A stretch of 64,000 nt of DNA from a virus: positions 16,601-80,600 of the IMG/VR virus record IMGVR_UViG_3300009788_000007; one strand, written 5' to 3'. Shown piece by piece: positions 48,801 to 61,000 of the stretch. The notes beneath the pieces were generated by a model, which did not search any database, was not told the origin of the DNA, and saw only the letters and a program-made list of their open reading frames with translations. The translations under genes were made by a program, and so were the position numbers. Position 1 is the stretch's first letter. The number at the start of each line of letters is the position of its first letter.

Positions 48801-51800
48801 ACTGCCACCAGTACCCCCGCCTTCTTGTTGTTTGTCTTCTGCAGGTATTGGCTCACTGCATGTCACATTCACTACATTATCAACTAAATCATTCTGTACA
48901 CGCTCAATTAATGTATTCATATCACGCTCTCTAATATTCATGTCATTAGCAACATCAACACAAGCTTCAGACCATGCCCAGCCCACAGCCTCAATACGGG
49001 CATCTCTAATTAGTTGGGCTACACGCTCTGCCATTGTTGTACCATTGTCGTGTATCTTAAGGGCCGCTGCTACTTTTATTAAATCATTGTCCATTTTGCC
49101 ATTCTTTCATTCTTAGTTGCCATAGTTTATCACGTTCTTCAACACTTTTTATAGACCAATCATATCTAAATTTTTCAACATTATCCGCTATTGGTTGATC
49201 TATTATTTCGTAGTCACTATCCCATTTAAGTTTTTTACTATCATGGTCAAAAATAACAGGGGCGTTATTAGCTAACATTACAGTAAGTGTAATTTGTTTT
49301 GAATCCATACCTGTTAGCTTCAATAAATCAAACACACGGTGTAAGACTACTACACAGCCTGAGTTATACATTTGTTACCTCTTTTCCTAAATCATACCAT
49401 GTAGCATTTTCCATATCACCTGCATAATTAACTGAGCAATGGAAAACTAATTCAGGGTGGGTTTTCTCGGTCACTACTTTTTGTTTAATAATCTCCCCAT
49501 TGTCGCAGTAAGTAATTATCATGCGTTTAGTGATATCCTGGTGCTTAATCAAACCTATACCTTTCGCGCTCTACCTGCATAATAATAACTAAACATTTTT
49601 CGCAGTAAATGGTAACCCTTACTTTACTAATCTTTTCTTTATTCTCGGATACATACGTATCATGCCCAAACCATTTGCACCTAAAATAATACCAAAGAAT
49701 AACTGGTACCTGCTGCTTTACAATCGCCCATCGCCAACTTAAAGGTAGGTGGTCCTCATTAATCCTAAAAGCCTCAAAAAGGTGGTACCACAATCTAGGC
49801 TTTCTTTTGGGGTCCCATTCAATCATGTGCCATCATACCCGTGTATAGGACCAGTTGCATTATGTAGTTTATTAAACTTGGTATGATTTTTTCTAGCCAA
49901 CCATGCAGCATATTTTGCTACGACTAGTGGGTGGTCACATGTAGACACTTCAAATTCTTTATAGTCACCATTTTTAAATTGTTCAATATTTACTGTAGTT
50001 ACTTTAGTTTTATTTAATAGCTCATGTAAAACAACACCATTAAGTTTACCGTTTGGTGCAGCAGCTTGTTTAACTGCATCTTCATGCTCTACTAACTCAT
50101 AAGTGTACGACTGTACTCTAAATATCTGCCCTACTCTATTAAAAACAAATCCTATTGGTCTATCCATTAGTCATTTTCTCCTGTAACAATTCTTACAAAT
50201 TTTATCATTCATAAACACTGCTATATAATTTTCAGGGTCTTTTGCATTTTGGTGTAGCCCTATCTTACATAAAGTTTCTTTCTTAACTACACGTACAAAG
50301 TTAGCCCACTCACGCTTTAAGTTTTCCCAGGGTGTGCGTGCCTGTACACCTTGTAGAAACCTGCATCTATAACAAAGTTCATTTAGTACTGGGCTATAAA
50401 CCTGAGCTTTACCGCACTTAGGGCAAGGGTACGGGTCAGGTATTATAGCTTTTAGTAAATCGTATTTTCTCAGCTCATTTTTTAAATTTTCAGTATTATA
50501 AATAGGCTCTAATTCTACATCAGGGAAAGGCACACAATAACTATCATCGGGGCAGTACAGTAAATCATTTGCATTAGCCCCTTTAGGCCATACAGTATGC
50601 TTATGCACTGGCTCATTACAAATTGTACAAATCCTATCAGCATCTTTTTTAAGATCGATCATCTTTTTTCATCTCTTCCAGTTCATCATTGCACCAATGG
50701 TGGTAAATACTATTCAATCGTGTAAGCCCTATATTTGCAGGGCCTTTACCAATCCCATATTTACCAGAGCCTATACTGTTATGGTTAAAGGGTTTGTTAC
50801 TCATGTTTACTCGATGTCTCATCTAACACAATTATTTTTGTCCCTGGTTTTATCACTATAGCACTAATACCCAGTTCTATTGTTAGTGGATCAGCCGCAA
50901 TGTACTCTGCAAATTCTACGTGCCCACCTTTACGATGAATATCAAATAGCTTAGATATTTCTGGCCTATGCTCCCAAGCAAACTCACCTTCTATTGATAA
51001 AACTATCTTCCTACTCATCGTACTTTTCCAAAGATTTTTTAATTAGAGATATCTTATCATTAATAAGGTTTATAGTTTCATCAATACTTTGCCTAATCTC
51101 ACCTACTCCTTGCACGCTATTTGTGCAGGCTTTGGTTTGATATGCACACCATTCACATCTTTTTAGAGCTTCCACAGCATCTTTTTGTTGCTTTAAAAAA
51201 CGTTCTTTTGCGTCACTCACTTCATTAACCTATTAGTACGCACAATAACACCTGCGAACATAAAGGCAATACAAACAATAATAATAAAATTACTCATCGT
51301 TCCAACACTGGCAACCTTTAGCATTATCCCAACATACAGTACAAATATCTTCGATTACTCTTTTAATAATGTCTATGGCTACATTATTAAAGCCTTCGTC
51401 TGCAAGTTTTTTATCAAATGGTTTCATTTCAGGCTTATTCTCAAAAAAATAGCAAACAATAAATCTATCATAGCCTTATCATATTCTTCTTTATAGATAA
51501 AAAAGGTAACAGCGCCTATTAATAAAACTATGCATATTTCTATAAAAATTTTAATCATTGCTTGCAAACTCCTATAACCTCATTGATATCTGTCACTGTT
51601 TCCTGTATCTGCAGTTTTGCCCCTGGCTGTAGTTCAATCTTAACTCTGCCCAGGTTAACCATTAGTGGCACTGCTCCTGTGTACTTTAACTTGCTTACCT
51701 CGCCCATTATCTGTTCAAACTCTGGGGCCATATCACAGTTAGTAAATACTTTGTAATCATCTTCTATAGTAATTCTTATTAATTTAGCCATATTGTTTTA

Positions 51801-52616
51801 CCTTTACCAAAACTTCCACCATTTTTTAGCAGGGCTGTAAACTTCAATACCGGCTAACTCCATACCTGAACCCCCTGCAACCTTATCAGCATCATCACAA
51901 AATTTTGTTATATGGTCAACCACTTCTTTTAATTCCACTGTACTTAACCCGCTAGGTACTTCAATTTTAACAGTCAATATCTTGTCAGTGCAGGCAGCCC
52001 CTAAATATTTAAATTTCGTCATGGTAAACCTCTCTCTTCGTACCACAGTGTATACAAAATTCGCCTACATTAAAAATACCGTTTGATTTATATTTAAATT
52101 CATGTTTAGCAAAGATGCGCATACTAATCAGTAGCGCCATAGCGTGGCAGTACTTGGCCCACTGGTTTAAATAATGCGTAGGGTTAGGGTGCCCTGTAGC
52201 CTGGGGTAATTGTACTAAATTAATTCTTTCTTCCAAATCTTTGCATAGCTGCTGCCTCATCGCCATAACAACGCATCAACTATATTTATCATTATCTGGG
52301 TCTGTGTCATCTCTGGGTGACTGAATGCATACGATGCTTCTGCAATTGTAAGATAGGCAATTACAAAGATTAGCCCGTAGTAGAATACCTTTTCTTTTTT
52401 AGTCATGATAGGTGACGATATATAAAGATAATAATATTTATCAGTACAAAGATAAGGGACAGGGCAGAACGTTTACGATACTTATCCATCGTTCTCACAA
52501 TGACAGGGGGTAAACTTCATCCCAACAACTATTACAGACATACGTAATAGCCAGATTAATCTGTTTAATTTGTAGTTCACTAAAGCCCTTTTGGGTAAGG
52601 TATTCTTCAAATAGGT

Positions 52617-53030
52617 TCATTTGTTTAATATCTCCAATGCACGTTTATATTTATTTCTACGGTCATCATACTTAGGATCGTCAGGCATGGTAGACGTGTT
52701 ATGCTCAATATCTGCAATCTTAATCAAACGGGTTGAACTGTCCGAGGCAACTAACCGTATGTAGTCAAGGTAGTCCATGTTTTTATCTTTACTGAGAAGT
52801 TTAATTCGGAAGATCATACCTTCACTAAACCCATTAGAATATAAAATACCTTCAGTAATTTTAGTATCTTCAAAGATGTCATGGAATACGGCAAGTATCC
52901 TTAATGACTCATCAGTGAATTGGTTAGATACCATGATAGGGTGTACTGATGCAGGTGTAACACCATCCATCCTATATTGTCCCTCATGATATCGTAGACA
53001 TAACCCTAGTGCTTTTTCATATGTGCTCAT
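52617..53030 (-). CDS. HD-domain hydrolase, RelA/SpoT (p)ppGpp hydrolase-like
   Basis: HEGQYR.DG.TP...HP..V; HDIFEDT; IKIADIEHN. Confidence 0.8.
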   Translation of the reverse strand: MSTYEKALGLCLRYHEGQYRMDGVTPASVHPIMVSNQFTDESLRILAVFHDIFEDTKITEGILYSNGFSEGMIFRIKLLSKDKNMDYLDYIRLVASDSSTRLIKIADIEHNTSTMPDDPKYDDRRNKYKRALEILNK

Positions 53031-54165
53031 TGTATTCTTCCTTTTGTTTTCTTTGGTAGTTTGGGTTTGTTGTGCCTACACTCATTACGCTTTACATAAC
53101 GATTACAGGTCTTACACCATTTCATTTTCATGACTGTCTTTCTTCGTATATGTCTAAACCTATTCACCCTTATCAGGATCTATAGTTATACATAGTACCA
53201 TTTGTTCTTTACCCATTATATTTGCTCCTTTAGTATTTCGTATTCTTCTCTTGTTATCTCTTCGCTATATACTAATGTATATTCCTCATCTTTGAGTTTG
53301 TTACACAACACACCAGCATACATAGCGGGCTTTTTCTCTGTAACGGTATGCCAGTAATCACCCAATTTTAATGCTTGTTCAGAATTAGGTTTCGCCTTTT
53401 GTTCATCAGTCATCAAGTTAAATATTAACGCTATATAATCAGCGCCTTCACAGTTTTCACACATACTCACTGTGACATTAGGATTGCTAACTAAAATACT
53501 ACTCATCACTACTGCTTTCTGGTGCTTTAGAGATACACCGCCATGAATTAAATATATGGCTTTCCCACACAGAACCATCTTCTAAAGCTGCCACTTTACT
53601 ACCACCACGATTAACACTAACATCAACAGCTTTTCCAGGTAAGTCTTTTACTACAATGCCTGCTTTTTTATCAAAGTGGTATTGCTGTACTTTTTCTGCA
53701 GTGCGTGCATCACGATTTTTTCCAAGCTGTCTATCTAAAAATATAATTGATGAGACAACAACTAAACCAAAAGCAAGTAGAGCCTTATCTGAATGCCTCA
53801 TTTTTTACTTACCTCTCTAATAACATTTTCAAAGTCTTCAAGCATTTTAGATAAAGCTTGTGCCTCTCCTGCGTGCTCATCATCTATCTGTTCGTGTGGC
53901 TTAAAAGTCCATAAATCTTTTATACGTACAGCAGCTTCTAATGCTGCAAGCATAACGGGTGCATTCTTAAATAAGTTAGCGTAATACTTTTGTTCAGATT
54001 CAAAAGGTTCATCGTAACCAAGCTCTACAGCACAGATACAAATTTTACTATCTGCACATCGTTTATCTGTTGTTATTGAGATTTTATCTGCATCATCGCA
54101 GTAAAATGTTTTTAATTGATCTCCCATAAGAGTAACCTTTATTTTTTGTTTCCATTAAGCAAACT

Positions 54166-54196
54166 ATTATAAAGCATTACACTAGTGGTATGTCAA
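54166..54196 (-). promoter_or_regulatory. sigma70-type promoter downstream of terS
   Basis: TTGACA-N19-TATAAT on - (consensus hexamers, long spacer). Confidence 0.5.
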
Positions 54197-54202
54197 GGGC
54201 TT

Positions 54203-54949
54203 TTATTCTATCTCCTCATCCCAGTCTGGGGGCGGGGCCATAACCTTTGTTATCTCGGCTAAAACTTCCCTTACCGCTGTCGCTTTATCGTCTGTGGTGC
54301 CGCCTGTACCCTGGTTTTCTGGGTAGTATGTTTCTCGTCTTCTGCCTCTAAGCATAAAAGTAGTCAGCTGAGTTTCCCATTTTTTCTTAGTTAAAAAACA
54401 TTTCTCACCTGTTTTCGGGTCTTCAGTAAAAACAGGTTCACCTTCCCATAAGTACAATTCATCAGTGCCATGTATCGCCCTGTGTGTGGCTGACTTTTCA
54501 ATTTTATCTGTGATGCTATCCCTAACATCTTCACAGGCTGTTCTAAATTCTCGGCATCCACGCATGTACCTACGCAGTGTGTCTGCGTGTATAGGTAACT
54601 CAGCACAAGCAATACTTTTCGTGTAGTGTGTTGCGTATAGTTCTAAATATTGTTCAGCCCAATCAGGCCAATGTTTATAAATTTCACCTGTCACATCATG
54701 TGCTGGTGGTCTACCTACTCTTCTAAAAGGGGGGGTACTAATTACAACACTATTCTTATTATTTTTATTTTTAGTAACGGCTTTTTTCTTAGTAGTTTTC
54801 TTTTTCGTACTCTTTTTCTTCTTATACTTATCAGCTGCCGTAGGTTTACGTTTTTCTTTTTTAATAACTAACTTACCAATTATTTTTTTCTTAGTACTTT
54901 TCTTAATATTTTTATCTGTCATATAAAATATAATACATAATCCCTGCAA
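54203..54949 (-). CDS. terS: terminase small subunit with Lys-rich N-terminal extension
   Basis: GRP, HTH-like segment, then IEKSATHRAIHG..E....GE...TFMLRGRRRETY, a pattern typical of one TerS family. Confidence 0.7.
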   Translation of the reverse strand: MQGLCIIFYMTDKNIKKSTKKKIIGKLVIKKEKRKPTAADKYKKKKSTKKKTTKKKAVTKNKNNKNSVVISTPPFRRVGRPPAHDVTGEIYKHWPDWAEQYLELYATHYTKSIACAELPIHADTLRRYMRGCREFRTACEDVRDSITDKIEKSATHRAIHGTDELYLWEGEPVFTEDPKTGEKCFLTKKKWETQLTTFMLRGRRRETYYPENQGTGGTTDDKATAVREVLAEITKVMAPPPDWDEEIE

Positions 54950-55023
54950 CTAATACAATCATACCTCTTTACTGCATTTACCCTTAGTCTACAGCATTGC
55001 ACCCCTAGTCCCTCAGTCCCTCC

Positions 55024-58000
55024 CTATGGGGTAGGTAGTACAGTTTCGTCAGTACCTATTAAATATTTCCAAAATTTATACATAAACCCTGATAAATGTA
55101 TTGATGGGTGTAACCTATACACTGCATAAATAACTTCAGGGTCGGTCACTGCATCGCACTCTTCCATGTCTAATATATTCCATGTGTAGTGCACTGCATC
55201 TTTATTACGTGTAAACATTGTATAGTTAAAAGGGTCTTCATCCTCTAACCATACCTGCACATAACCGTCTTGTGGGCCACCTATAAACTTATACTGTTTA
55301 GCATTACCTTTTTTATTACTGCGCTGCATTAAATTATTCCAAGCATCCTTGGCTGCTGTGATATTACTTTTAGCCTCAACACTAAACTTCTTACCACAGC
55401 TTGCATTGCTACATGTAAAAGTATGTGATGCAAATAATTTTTGGTACATAGGGTGTGCCCCGCATCCTGCACAATAATCTAATACAAATAAATGTTTATT
55501 AATTACTATAGTATATGTTGGTTTAGGTTGGCTTGGTAGCATTTTAAAGGCTTTCTCTTGCACATAACTTATACCGGCCTCTACAGGTCCTTCTGTACCA
55601 CCTCTACATTCTGCACTAATCATCTCATTCCAATGGTCAACGGCTTCTGCAACACTGCCACACTGTACCCTGGGGGTATGCGTGCACTTTTCATCCTCAC
55701 ACTGCATCACATGCTGGCTGGTAACCATTATCTCTGTGTACTCTGGCCTGCTGCCGCACACGTAACAACAATACACTTTGTACATAGTGCCATTTATTTC
55801 AATGGGTTTAATCATAATTCAATTACCACGGGTTTACCTACCATATTGCCATCCCAGTCATTCGGTGCAGAGGCATCAAGCATTTCCCATTGTTTCTGTG
55901 TAACTAAAATACATGTCAAATTCCCAACATATACATGCTGTTTATCTGCCCAATAAGTTCTTAACTTACAAATAAATTCATCAGGTGTGGTAAGTGGTTC
56001 ACTAGTTAAATTAATAACATACTTAGGTCGCCTAACATTTTCTAATTTATGGTTTAAAGCCTCTTCAGCTGTGTGTGGCTTGTTCATTAGTTACGCCTTT
56101 CTTCAATCGCTTCTGCACATACTGCACTAAATTACCAAGTAACAATTCATGCGTTTTACCACGTGCTACGGGCTGCTCGGGCGCTCGATCTACATAATTT
56201 TGATTAAGTACCCAAGCAGCATATTTACCCTCTGTAGTAGCACCTATAGAACGCCCAACAGTGTACAGCACGCCATCTTTGCCTGAATAAATTGTGCCTA
56301 CTTTGTACAAACAATTACCAACAACATCTTCAGTTTTCATTATACAAAGCACCATGTCAAAAGCTTATAGCATAGCCCAATTAAAACCAATAGCACCAAC
56401 ACTACAAAAAATATAAAAGTAAAATAACACCCAGTAGCTTTAGGTTTTAAAAAGCTAAAAATGTCATTACATAATTCTGCAACTATTTCTTCTGTGGCGT
56501 CCTTAGTAGCATCTTCAATAATCTCATCTATTTCCTGGCCTAAATTCTTATAGTCATTCATTTAACCATCTCCATTACAGCCTGCAATGCTGCGTACTCA
56601 GGGTTTAAAAATACTGGCATAGCATTAAATATATTAAAGGCTACCGCACACATAGCAAATATTAAACCGCATCCTGCAAATATTACAGGTAAATAATTGT
56701 CACTATCCCATTCAGGTAAGTCTTTAATTTCTTTATAGCCTTCCCCATACTTAGGTATCCGTTTTTCAATATTATGTTTTTTAGCAGCCTCATTTTTTTC
56801 TTTTGTTTCTTTTAAATCTGCATTAAATTTATCTAACTTATTTTTATGCCTCTTTTTTTCAAAATCAAAAATAAGCGCTAACACAATACTAAAAAACAAC
56901 CAAATAAAAATATCTGAGAGTTCATTAAGTATTTGCTGCTTAACAAAAATAGGCCAAAAGTGTTCTACACCTGTACCTAACTTATCTGCAATAACATCAA
57001 AAGCCTCTATAACCTTTTGTTCTACATTTTCCATTTTTTCCTACTTTCTAAATTACTTTCTTATCCCACGGCATTTTAAAAATTTTATAATCAGGCACTC
57101 CTGATATATTTTTATTAAGCCCTATACCTATACGCTTATTTGCATCATAGCATTTTCTGCACATCCTTGCACCTGCAAAATAATAGCTGTACACATGCCA
57201 CCCATTACAGCTGCTACAACTACACACTACCAAAACTTTCTAAAATGGTTAAGGCCGCATTAACATACTCTTCTTGATGCTGTGTAAACCCACATGCTTT
57301 AATATTAGTAATTAACTTATCTAACTCTCCAACAACATTATCAACTTCTTCAGCCCTGTACACCTCAACACCTTCAGAAGGTATTTTTACTAGCTGGCCT
57401 TCACACTCTGTATTAAGGGTAGGTATAGGTGCCTGGGTACTATTCATGCCTCTATCTACATGTTTTGTCTGTGCACCTAATTTATATTTTCTCATTCGCT
57501 TTCTTTCTCCATTTTATAAAACTGTATTTATACCCCCAGTAGGTTTTATGGAATGCCCACTGTTTACTTTTGACTATAAAAGCTATGAATTCAGTGAAAG
57601 AATTTGTCATAGCAATACAGTACTTCTCGCCTTCACTCTCGCCGTGGCTGAATCTCATTAGCTTTTTCCTGTTCAGGTGTGGGGAATAGTTTTAAATCTG
57701 TTAGGTAACAGTAAGCACACCATTCACCTCTTATTAAATGTGGTTCACAGACATCATCATTGTAATGAAGGCAACCGTCACTTCCCTCCAGTAAAAACTT
57801 AACGCTCTCCATAAAATCAGCAGGGTCTTTTATACCCTTGAATTGCTTATGTAACGCAACAGCCTCCGCAAGCTCCTCTGTGGTTAGGTCGGCTGTGAGG
57901 TTTGCTATTTTAAGAAACTTAGCAGCCTTTTTATCAGCTTCTCTAGAGTGTTCCTCGTAATATGGATAGAAAACAATAGTAACTCCATACCCTCTTTTCT

Positions 58001-61000
58001 CAAGACAGGGCGCATCATAGTTAGGGTGCTTTCTTTTAGTCCACTTCTTCCCATCATTTGTCATTGGTTTTTCTCCTTTGGTTTAATCACAACAACTTTG
58101 ACAGCCTTTACAAAAACAAGGCCCGTCCCATTCTTCAGGGTGTTCATCTATATTTTTTGTAAGAGTAAAAATATGAGACGGTTTAGTGTTTTTGTCTAAC
58201 AATCTTTCCTCTAACTTCTTTGACCAGGATGTAAATGGTTGTACTTTTTTCACTCCTCCCCGCCAATCTGCCTAAAGGCTTCTATGATTGCGATGACTAG
58301 TGATCGATAGAGTTGATCCCTAAAAGAGATTTCCATTATTGGTTTATCGTTACCAAAAAACATTGCTACAAAATCTGGCGACCCTTCGCCTTCCCCAAAT
58401 GTTATTTTAGTTCTGATACCTTTCTTCTTCAACTCCGGCAGCAAGTAGCGGAAAATCTGGTTGTAGTCTTGGGTGGGTTTCCAGAATTCAGTCCCATCCT
58501 GGACAACCATTAATGGTTTTAACGGAATATCAGTTTTTATTAATTCAGCCACAATCCGATCAAGCTCAGAATCTTCAAGATCGCTTAGGGGTTTATTCAT
58601 GATTGCTCGCTTTCTAGGACTTCAGTAAAATCTTTCTCACCTCTATGTACTTCATCCCAATGGTCGGCAAGATCAGGCATACTTTCAAGATGCTTTGAGC
58701 ATTCAGGGCATACGATCATTAACTCAGCCGACAATTCTGTAGAACAAACAGAGCATAAAGCGCCTCCGTCTAAAACGGTAAAATTACAATCTTTCGAGAT
58801 ACACTCCTTCAACTCTTCTCCTGCGGGGTTCGGTGGGGTCATTTTAGAGACTTCCACATTTTAGGTACAAAATAAACATACATTGAATCATCAGGAAACC
58901 ACCAAAGATTTCCTCGCTTCTTTAATTCCTGTACGTGTCCTCCACTGTCCATAACAGAAACAACTTCGTTTTCTGGAGGGTCTATTTTTTCGGTAACATT
59001 CCAATCGTCACTCATCTCCTAAAATTCCTTTCTCGTTGTGTGGGGGTTTGGTTTCTTTATCTAAAATCTTTTGATAGTAAGGGTCAGGCTTATCGTGTGG
59101 GTAATGCGCATTTTTAGGGCACCATAAAACATGATGACGGTACATGTGGCAGCCTAATTCTATACACTTGTCATTATACTTACCCTTCATTTACTCTCTC
59201 CATCCGTGGGTTGTGGGTTTAGGGCTTTTTGAAAATCATTAGCCATTTTACATAAGGCTTCAGCTTCACCTATATTTTCATCTGAAACAACGTCTGTGTA
59301 GGTCCATAGAGATTTTATATTTAATGCACTTTGTATTAAACCTTTCAGCCTCTCCACCTCATCCAAAGCCGCCTTAAGCTCATCTTCAGCAATAATCAAC
59401 CTATCTAAAATACTACCCTTAACAATCGTGTAAGAATCACAACCTGTTATTTTCCATGTGGGCCATTGCTCTATCTGGTCACGTACTGAAATATCATGCT
59501 TTAGTTTTTGGATTTCGGTTTTTAGGGTTTGGTTTTCTTCATTTAATTCACCAATAGCTTTATTAAAATGGGCATAGGGTCTTGTAATTGTTACGTCTTC
59601 AGCGATTGCTTTGCCTTCCAGCTCTTCCACCCTGGCTTCTGAGGCTTTTAGTTTTTGTAATGTATTTGTTAACAGATCACCGTCAATACTTTCATATTCT
59701 TCACTCATTTGCTTCCTATCTCCTTTGCTTTGTCTAAGTAAAAACTAGCTATTGTGACACAAGATGGTTTATCTAGTTTCCCGGTAACAATAGCCTCCAG
59801 CCCCTTTTCCAACTCTTCTTTTTGGGCTTTTAGGGTGGTGAGAAGATTGGCAGCTTGCATAAGGTATTTTGTATTTTTTGAAACACCCAATTCTCTTGAA
59901 GCAGCTTTGATACCTTCTATTATCTCGGCAACATCAGGGGTTTGTTCAGCTAATTGCTTTCTGAGATTGTCGTTTATCAAACGTTCTGTTTTGACTATTT
60001 TTTTATAATCTTCTAATTCTTCGTTTTGGGCTTTTAGGGTTTTGAGAGCATCGGCCATACCACTAAAACTTTCTGCGATAGGGTCTAGCTGCCCCTCAAC
60101 AAGTTCTGTAAGTACTGCGTGATCTATATTGTCAACACCCACTATTTTAAGTGTCTCTTCCATAATAGTCATGCTTGCCGTGTGTACTTCCATACTTGCT
60201 TTACTTTCTGGATCATTGGACAATTTTTCATATTCTGTTAGATTTTTATCTACATCAGGTTTGTTTGTCATTTTTAATCCTCTCTTCACCGTGAATACAG
60301 AGCGTGTATTGATCAGGATGAATTGTGGCAAACGAAGTTTTACTTTCCCTATGCCATTCACTCATTTTAACGACATCATTAACGGTTTCTGAGCTTACCC
60401 AAAGTAATCCATTATCATCTATCTCAACTCTCATCAGCTCCATTCCTTTCTTGTGGGTGGCGGGTAATGCTTCTGTATGTGAACCAATAGCTGCAATTAG
60501 TTCTATGACATATAGGGCAAGGCTTCAGCGGTTCAGTGGTCATTGTTGGGCCTCTTTTTTCTTGATAACACTTTGCATTTCAGCAACAAAGTCTTTAGCT
60601 TCGTCTATCGTCATCTCTACTGCACTATCATAGCCCTGTAACCTGCAAATATAAAAACCAACATTATTAATTTCATTTGAAAACATAACCGGGTTAACCT
60701 CAGTTTGTACTGTTGATAATAGTTTGAAGTAATCATATTCTAGGTAATTCATCCCTCCCCTCTCATCTTTTTCTGCGAATCCACCGCTGCAACAATAACA
60801 TGTGGCCTAATCTTATCACAGACTGTACAAATAACTTCAGCGTTTTCATTATTCATATGTTTAGTACGCATAAAGTTAGCGTAGCCACAATGGTAATCAA
60901 TATTGCTTGACGCATGGTAGTCAATTTTACCGCAAAAAGTACATCTAGTTTTAAAAACAATTTCATCTTCCATTATCTATACCTCTACTTTTTATCTTCC

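Larger units (their letters stand above)
44854..54127 (-). other. block of more than 20 tightly coupled small hypothetical ORFs between terS and terL
   Basis: Consecutive - strand ORFs with ATGA/TAATG overlaps. Confidence 0.75.

Noticed and set aside
59810-60050. Direct repeat TTTTGGGCTTTTAGGGT as a regulatory or telomere-like element
   Set aside because: It is explained by the coding repeat TLKAQ.EELE within ORF 59705-60361.
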